Assembly: GCA_965202585.1 (NCBI GenBank)
Contig: OZ241828.1
Coordinates: 15,066,001 to 15,130,000, forward strand
Length of the DNA stretch: 64,000 nucleotides
DNA from: Thalia democratica
Lineage: Eukaryota
Direction of reading: 5' to 3'
Shown piece after piece: positions 57,276 through 64,000 of the stretch. Below the pieces are notes generated by a model that worked only from the letters and a program-made list of their open reading frames with translations, was not told the DNA's origin and made no database searches. How positions within the stretch are numbered: the stretch's first letter is position 1; the number at the start of each line of letters is the position of its first letter. Both the position numbers and the translations under genes were made by a program.

Positions 57276-58105
57276 CAGTATACTACCGCTTAAGTACGCA
57301 CTTTTTTTGGTACGCATCACGCCTTAAGTACGCAATTATCCAGAAAGACAAAGTAAAGGATGTTATACTAGAACTTCAAGAAATTCCAGTTTTTTTGCCT
57401 AAATTTTCAATCATCAAGTTTTTCCAGATTATTTATGTTTCCAGGTATAATGGCCAACCTGCTGAGTTAGCCTGATACTTTCACAACTTTTAAACTAGGG
57501 TGAGTAATCCTGAGTAGGCCAAGTGGCCTGAAATTGAGACAGTCCTGTTATTAAATGTTAACAAACTAAATACTTATGTAGTGGTTGCAGAAAAGTTAAC
57601 AGAATAATGATATTTGAGCTGTAATGCTATAAAATAAATAAATTTAGATGACAAAGTTAAAAAAACCTACATATACAAAATAGTTAAGTCATAATTTAAT
57701 TTAAATGTACATACATTGATGTTTTGAAAATGTTTGGTAAACACAAAGTAGTTTGGTACTTTCCCTCTAACAAAACAAAATGTAGCTTAATATTTTTTTT
57801 AAATCATTGACTGACATTGACTTTCTATATTAAATGTATGTATTAATTATGTAGAAGCTTTTTATAGAAAAAATAAATCATTTTAAAATCTAATAAATAA
57901 ATTTGCAAATTAGAATTATGTTTTAAATGTTATTTAAAATAAATGACTTGTTTATTTGGCTTAATTATTTGGTGGCTAGTTGTAAGAAAGAAAACAAACA
58001 ACTAAATTTCATATTATACTACATCGTCAAAAAGTACGCACTACCCGTGCTAAGTACGCACTTTTTGATCGGGTTCAATTTGCGTACTTAAGCGGTAGTG
58101 TACTG
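57276..58105. mobile_element. Tc1/mariner-type MITE (830 bp) with 25-bp TIR and TA TSD
   Basis: TIRs CAGTATACTACCGCTTAAGTACGCA / TGCGTACTTAAGCGGTAGTGTACTG (1 mismatch), TA on both flanks, subterminal AAGTACGCA repeats. The paralogous empty site is at about 63787. Confidence 0.9.
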
Positions 58106-60232
58106 TAAGCATCGCTTAAGGTGATTTATGATATATAAAACATACTTACTTTAACTAAACAAAAGTGAGCATGTTGTCAACTAAAATGCGAGTACTTTAT
58201 AGTGCGAAGCTTTTTTCCCGCATTGAAGCTTAAAAACTGAAAAAAGTGTTTTTATTGTTTTAAGCGCACAATGACGTCACTTAAATGCACACAAATTCAA
58301 AGATTATTTTGTGAAATATAATTGAATCCAATTATTATAATGACATTCAGTTCTAGAACTACATCTGAAAATTTGCAACGAGAAATCGATCTTTTATATC
58401 GTTCTCGTATTATTCGACCGAAGAAATTATCTGATAATTGTATTAAAAAAAACCCTGCTTAATTACTGAGCAGGTCAAGAAACTACATTATTCTTTGTAG
58501 AGTGTTTATTTTAAAAATGAACTAGGTAGCTATTTTAATGCAATTAAAAAAATTGTAAATAATAAAACGGCAATCCACTGTACATAACTTACATTCATTT
58601 GATATTTTTTCTACCTTTCTAAATTACTAGTTAAAAAAGTTGTTAGCTTTTACAAAATTAAGTTAAAAAATAAAGTTAGCTTTTTAAAGAGAATTTTAAC
58701 ACACCACGTAATGTATGCTTATGCTTTAGACATTGTATTTTAATTAGTTTGAATGATTATATTTAGTTTTAATAATTATCTACTAATTATTAGTAAAAAT
58801 AATAAACTAAACCTTTACAACTTATTTACACTTATTAAATTGAGTAATACAGTTTTTTGTCTACTTTTGAATAAAAGGAACTTTTCAGAAATAAAAAAAT
58901 CTATTCAAGTTTCTTGCTGATATAATTCCTTTAACTTCATTTTTCTAACTTATACGAGAATTATACAAATCATCGCCCTTTCTTAAATAAATTGAAAAAA
59001 AAGTTATAAAGTTGTTTTATTCATGAAAAAAGATATAAAAGATCAATTTCTCGTTGTAAATGCAATTACATGTATTTATAAATATATAAATAGAAAAAGA
59101 TAATGTTTTTATTAAACAAAAGTGAACTAGAACTTGTTATTAAAACGTCAGTAAACTTTTACAGTAAATAACTTTTTTTGATAATTCTCTGTTTAAAGTT
59201 TGAGACTTAAAGTTTTAGGTTTTAAAATTTACTGTTTTAATCTAAAATAATTTTCAATTTTTTTTTGCAAACATGCTTTATGTTAATGAATATAAAGAAA
59301 GTAAAAATTTCTAAAAAGTTTTACAGCATAAATATTATATTTTAAATGTAGTTTAAAGATTGAAGTTGAATTATAAAATATTAATGCCGTGCTAAAAGGT
59401 AAAACTATTAATGTTTAAGTTTTAAAAGGAAACTATGTAATAAAATTAATCACATAAAAATTATTTCTCTGAATAATTTTTTTTTATTACCAATGTCTTG
59501 TTCTTGCATAATTAACTTCATAAACATCTTTTTTTATTGTGTGTCAGTTTTATAAAAACAAAAATGAACATAAAATACATTTCGGTTAGATAAAAATTTT
59601 ATATTATACTCCAGTATTTCATTCAAAATAAATCCTAATGAAACCAATTCCAAAAAATGCCTATATTACAAAAATTACTTAATTTTGAAAAACTTTATCT
59701 ATTAACAATAAAATAGTTTTAGCTAGTATGTTTTTATTAGTTTTAAAAACCACTTGGATTCTAAATCATTTTATTAAAATAATCAAAGAATAAATTGTAA
59801 ATTATATTTAAATAAACAGCGTAAATATTAGGCGTTTTTAGACTTTACTGTATTAGTAAGATGAATAAGACGAACCCATTCTTTTAAAGAAATTGAGTTG
59901 TTTTATTTATTCAGTAAAATAGTTATTTATTTTTTTTGTGTCTTGGTTAAGAGCTATATATTATTGGTTTTAAATTTATAGCGATACTATCTTAGGTAAA
60001 AACTAAGTTAAAGTGAAAAGTGTTTTTTTAGTATCTTTAAATTCGAAAATTCAACAAAATTATAAAAAAATTGAAAAACTGAAAAACATAAATAAAAATT
60101 TTATTAAAAAGCTAAAGTTATTTAAGTAGAAATTCGAAATTATAAAAAACAATTTTACTTTTATTTACCATTTTGTTAAGACTAAGGTTTTCTCGCTTGA
60201 TTTATTAAAGTTATAAATAAATTTTTATTTTC

Positions 60233-60945
60233 AAATATAACAAAATACAATTCGTTTTTCTTAAATTTATTTGAGTACTTTCGTTGTAAGGCTCATCAGA
60301 AAATTTATCATACTAAGTTACGCTGAATTGAAATTGAAATAAAATTATAATGTAGTTTAAGTTATAAAATATAAAATCACGTAATAATCGATTTTTAATA
60401 CTAACTAAAAACTTCTACCATAGAACGTTACTGTACTAATAAAACTGGATAGATTAAAATCAAACTAAAATAAACAAGCGATAAAAATGAAATTAAAACT
60501 ACACTTAAATATGTAGTTGAAAAGATTTCTTTGCTTTAACTAAGACTAAAAAGTTCTCCTTTTTATATTTTTTAGCAACTAATGCTGCCCAATCGCTGAG
60601 AAGTATTTTTTGTTGGTTTCTGCGAACGACTACCAAACCAACTATTCAAGATTTTCGGAACATGCTGATCGATTCTTACATGAAACCTTTGAGATGATTT
60701 TCCCACATAGTCACTAGTTCCGTCGTGGTACACGAGTTTTATTAGTACAGCAAAGTTCTATAGTATTAGCTTTTAGTTAGTTTTAACATTCGATTATTTC
60801 GTCATTTTATATTTTAAAACTTTATTATATATGTAATTTAATTTCAATTTTAATTCAGTGCAACTAAGTAAGATAAAACTTCTGTTTAGCCTTACTACGA
60901 AAGTACTCAAATAAATTAAAAAAGAAAAAGTATTTTGTTATATTT
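60233..60945 (-). mobile_element. Older degenerate Penelope-like element with inverted arms (about 60233-60446 and 60735-60945)
   Basis: Diverged inverted arms of about 210 bp. The loop (minus strand, 60734-60505) encodes YVGKSSQRFHVRIDQHVPK, then after frameshifts SAIGQH* and LVKAKKSFQLH, which are GIY-YIG remnants. Confidence 0.85.
60260..60310 (-). ncRNA. Minimal type-I hammerhead ribozyme with intact core, in the left arm of the second PLE
   Basis: CUGAUGA, G.CCUUACAA.C, GAAA, palindromic GUAC, UC. The right-arm copy (60882-) is decayed to CUGUUUA. Confidence 0.75.
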
Positions 60946-63900
60946 TTTAAATAAGTTATGCAACGAAAAAAAAGCACTTCAAATAAAATTTGTTGAAATA
61001 ACACAAGTATTACATTTAATAAAGTTTATATATTTAAAACAAGTCACAAAATAACAGAACTAGGCTGAAATAAAACTGATTATTAATAAAATATGATTAA
61101 CATGAAACTTTTATTTTGCTTCCAAATACATATTTTCTTTAATATTGTGTTCTTTCAAAAAAATAATTAAGACCTTTTAATCCTCATCAAAAATGGTTTA
61201 TACGATGTTTATTTCATTAGTTGTTATTTGTGAAAAATATCGTATGTAAAAAGTTTAAAGCTTAGAAAACATAAATTTTAACTTTAAATTTATTTCTTAA
61301 AAAAATTTACAACTACAAAAACTTGTAAAGACTAAAAGTAAAGTTTTCGGCTTTTTGTATTTTTCTTTCATCGAATAAGACTTAGGTTTAGCTAGATTTT
61401 ATTTATAATATTACATTCATAAAAGTATTAACTCGTTATAAATTCGATAATACACAAGTGAATACATTTTAGATAACGAAAAAAAGTAAAATACTACAAA
61501 ATCATTAGTATAAATAAGTAATACTAATTTTTTAACTGGTTTTTCACCGTTTAGTTTTTTTATTATATGAATTATATAATAATTTTAATAACTTGCTAAT
61601 GAGGTATTAATTAGAATAATACTGTTTAGAAACTAAGTTTACACTTAACTTTAAAAAAAAGTGTGAAATTAGTATTACTTCACATAATTTAGTTTTGTAA
61701 ATACTGAAAGCAACACAAAATTTTTAATAAATTTAATCATAAGAAAAAAGACTATCGTAACTAATATTAATTTAAGATAATCGCTTTAACTATGGTATTT
61801 AAATCAAACAAGTTTTGATGAAACATTAACATATTTTATAATAGCAAGAAATTTTTTTTTGTTAAAGTAGATAAAGTCTGAGTAAAATTCTAATGAAGTT
61901 TTGACAAAAGTATATGATTTTTTTTTGTTTTTGAACTGTTTTAATTCTTTTAACTCTGTATAATAAGTTGTAATTTTTCACTTTGTTACAAACTTAATTT
62001 ACCATGGATTTGTTAAGTAGTCAATAGGATAAATAATCTTGTATGTTGTTTTTGCCTATAAAGCCTAATATATACAATATACTATACTTACAATTACTAA
62101 ATTTTAAAGTTTAGCCAGATTTTGATTAATTTCTGACTACATTATTTTAATAAAAATTTTATTTAAACTAAAACTTAACTGTGAAGTTAATTAAACTGTG
62201 AAACTAATTTGTAGAAATATTTCTTAGTTAAAAAGTTAAAAGTACTTTAAGTTGAAAATTAAATCAGTCACACTAAAACTGTTTTGTAATAAGTCGTTTC
62301 AAACAAAACATTTAAATGTTAAGAATTGCAACAACCTATTGACTTTTATACAAATGAAAAGTTATAAATAAAGTTTTGTTTTAAACATCAGAAACTTGTT
62401 ATTATATTTTTAGTTCTGTTTGACTGTCTGCATTTTGAATCAAAAAATATGCTAAATTTTCTTTATAAGTTTAGTTGACAAAAATAAAATTAAGTAAAAT
62501 AAATACGATTTTGTCTAAAATCAACTCTTTTAGTGAATCCGCAAAACAGATTATCATTTATAGTTTTTTACGTAAAAACATTATGTTTATTAGATTTAAA
62601 AATAAATTAAGCACGTATTTAATAAAAGTAAAAAAAAATTTATAACAAAAATAAAAACGTTAAAACTAAATAAATAGATAATCTTATCATAAATTCTCAG
62701 AACTTTTTAAGTTTGTTTTCAAAAAAGTGTAAATATCAAATTCCGAATTTTATTTAAACGTTTAAAATTTCTTTAAACATTAATGTTCTATGGTCAGTTA
62801 AGCCAAAGTAATTTACAAATATTTGTAAAAAAAATAATTTGATCATAAATATTTAATCTTATCTGTTTTAAATGTATTGTTATATTTTTGTTTTGCAAGA
62901 ATGATTTAAAAGATTAGTTAACATAAAATTCAAAAAACAAAAACAAATATTTTTTTTTAAAGTTTAACTTTTTGTAAACTTAAGATCTTTGTAATCGATT
63001 AAAAAAGTCTCATTAGATTTAATATTAGCTAGTTACAAATGGATTAATAACTCTTTTAGATTTTTGCAAGAATAATAAAGATGATCAATGTCTTGCTTCA
63101 AATGATTCACGTAGTTAAAATTGATGATCACAAATTTGTTTTATATAGTATGCATTAGGCAGAAGCTTTTGTTTGTTGGTTTTAGAAAGACAACACTAAA
63201 ACTTTTACGAAACATTTATTACATGTAATGTTAAAAATTATTTTTTTCGATAATTTTCAAGTTCTTTTATTTGTCGTGATTTTATGTTTAAGGAGGAGAA
63301 GTTATGTTTAAAACTTCGAGTTTATATTACTTCAATTTTTAAATTAAAGCTAAAACAAAATATAATACTTTAATGTTTAGTTTATTAATTTTTCTTACAT
63401 TTAAATGCTTTTTTGAAAATAATTACGCTATAGGTAAATTTAAACTTATTTAAAACTAAATAATTAAAGAATGCAAAACTTTTTAAAATTCGAGTGTTTG
63501 AGCTTAGAAAGAAACTATTATTTTTAGTTTTAGTTTTATTCACTAACCAGGTAGAATGCAACACTTATTAAGAAGTAAAAATCAAATTAATATATAGTTA
63601 ATATTAATAATAAATTAATTGGTTATTTAAGCAATGATGATCAAAAAAATAAATTGCACAAAAAAGGTAAAAACATGTTAGTATAATTCTTTTTTTTTTG
63701 GAAAATAATTTAATTGAAAAATTACAATTCTGATAAAACATAAAGTTTTAGGCATAAATGTTTCGTTTTATTAATATTGTTTTAATTTAGCATCGCTTTT
63801 AGTGGCTTATGATATACAAATTATAGTTACTTTTTTAAATAAAAGTTTGCACGTAGTCAGTTGTAAACTAAAATGCAAGTATTTTATAGTGCGAAGCTTT

Positions 63901-64000
63901 TTTCTATCATTTAAAGTTTTTTAGTTTTAAGCGCACAATGACGTCACTAAAATGCAAACAAATTCAAACTTCATTATAAAACATATGTTTAAATCGATAT

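Larger units (their letters stand above)
54350..64000. repeat. Old dispersed or tandem duplication, offset about 6.6 kb: 54350-54700 matches 61037-61385; 57000-57275 + 58106-58330 matches 63570-64000
   Basis: Colinear similarity by eye, including an identical 25-mer GTTTTAAGCGCACAATGACGTCACT. Confidence 0.8.

Noticed and set aside
60575-60700. Apparent + strand terminal exon (TNAAQSLRSIFCWFLR...)
   Set aside because: Antisense of the decayed PLE GIY-YIG fragment.
883-63999. Short AT-rich ORF-track entries (e.g. 883, 3149, 6473, 9462, 11931, 36600, 40680, 46526, 48872, 51675, 51880)
   Set aside because: F/L/I/K/N-rich chance ORFs in intronic or intergenic DNA or repeats; no motifs.

Overview
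AT-rich (about 25% GC) invertebrate-type eukaryotic genomic DNA. (1) A minus-strand USP44/USP49-family deubiquitinase gene spans at least 5435-49354 in 12 phase-consistent exons: basic repeat N-terminus, ZnF-UBP, an IDR of about 2,500 aa (mostly one 7,231-nt exon), then the USP Cys box, QQDAQEF and the first CxxC. The remaining 3' exons were not found in the window. (2) Nested antisense in its intron 4 is a six-exon + strand gene (28634-37799, about 300 aa). It encodes a Penelope-like-element (PLE) GIY-YIG endonuclease domain with an intact CNCR-x4-CPLxGxC Zn knuckle, lost catalytic residues, no RT and a PP1-docking KKVTW motif, so it is a candidate domesticated retroelement pseudo-nuclease. 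(3) Two 5'-truncated PLE copies (28859-29647, 60233-60945) have long inverted pLTR arms carrying minimal hammerhead ribozymes. In the young copy the only difference between the 249-bp arms is the catalytic G8. (4) Also present: MITEs with TIR/TSD, duplicated exon ends, tandem repeats and an old upstream duplication. All calls come from manual translation and alignment; no database searches were run.
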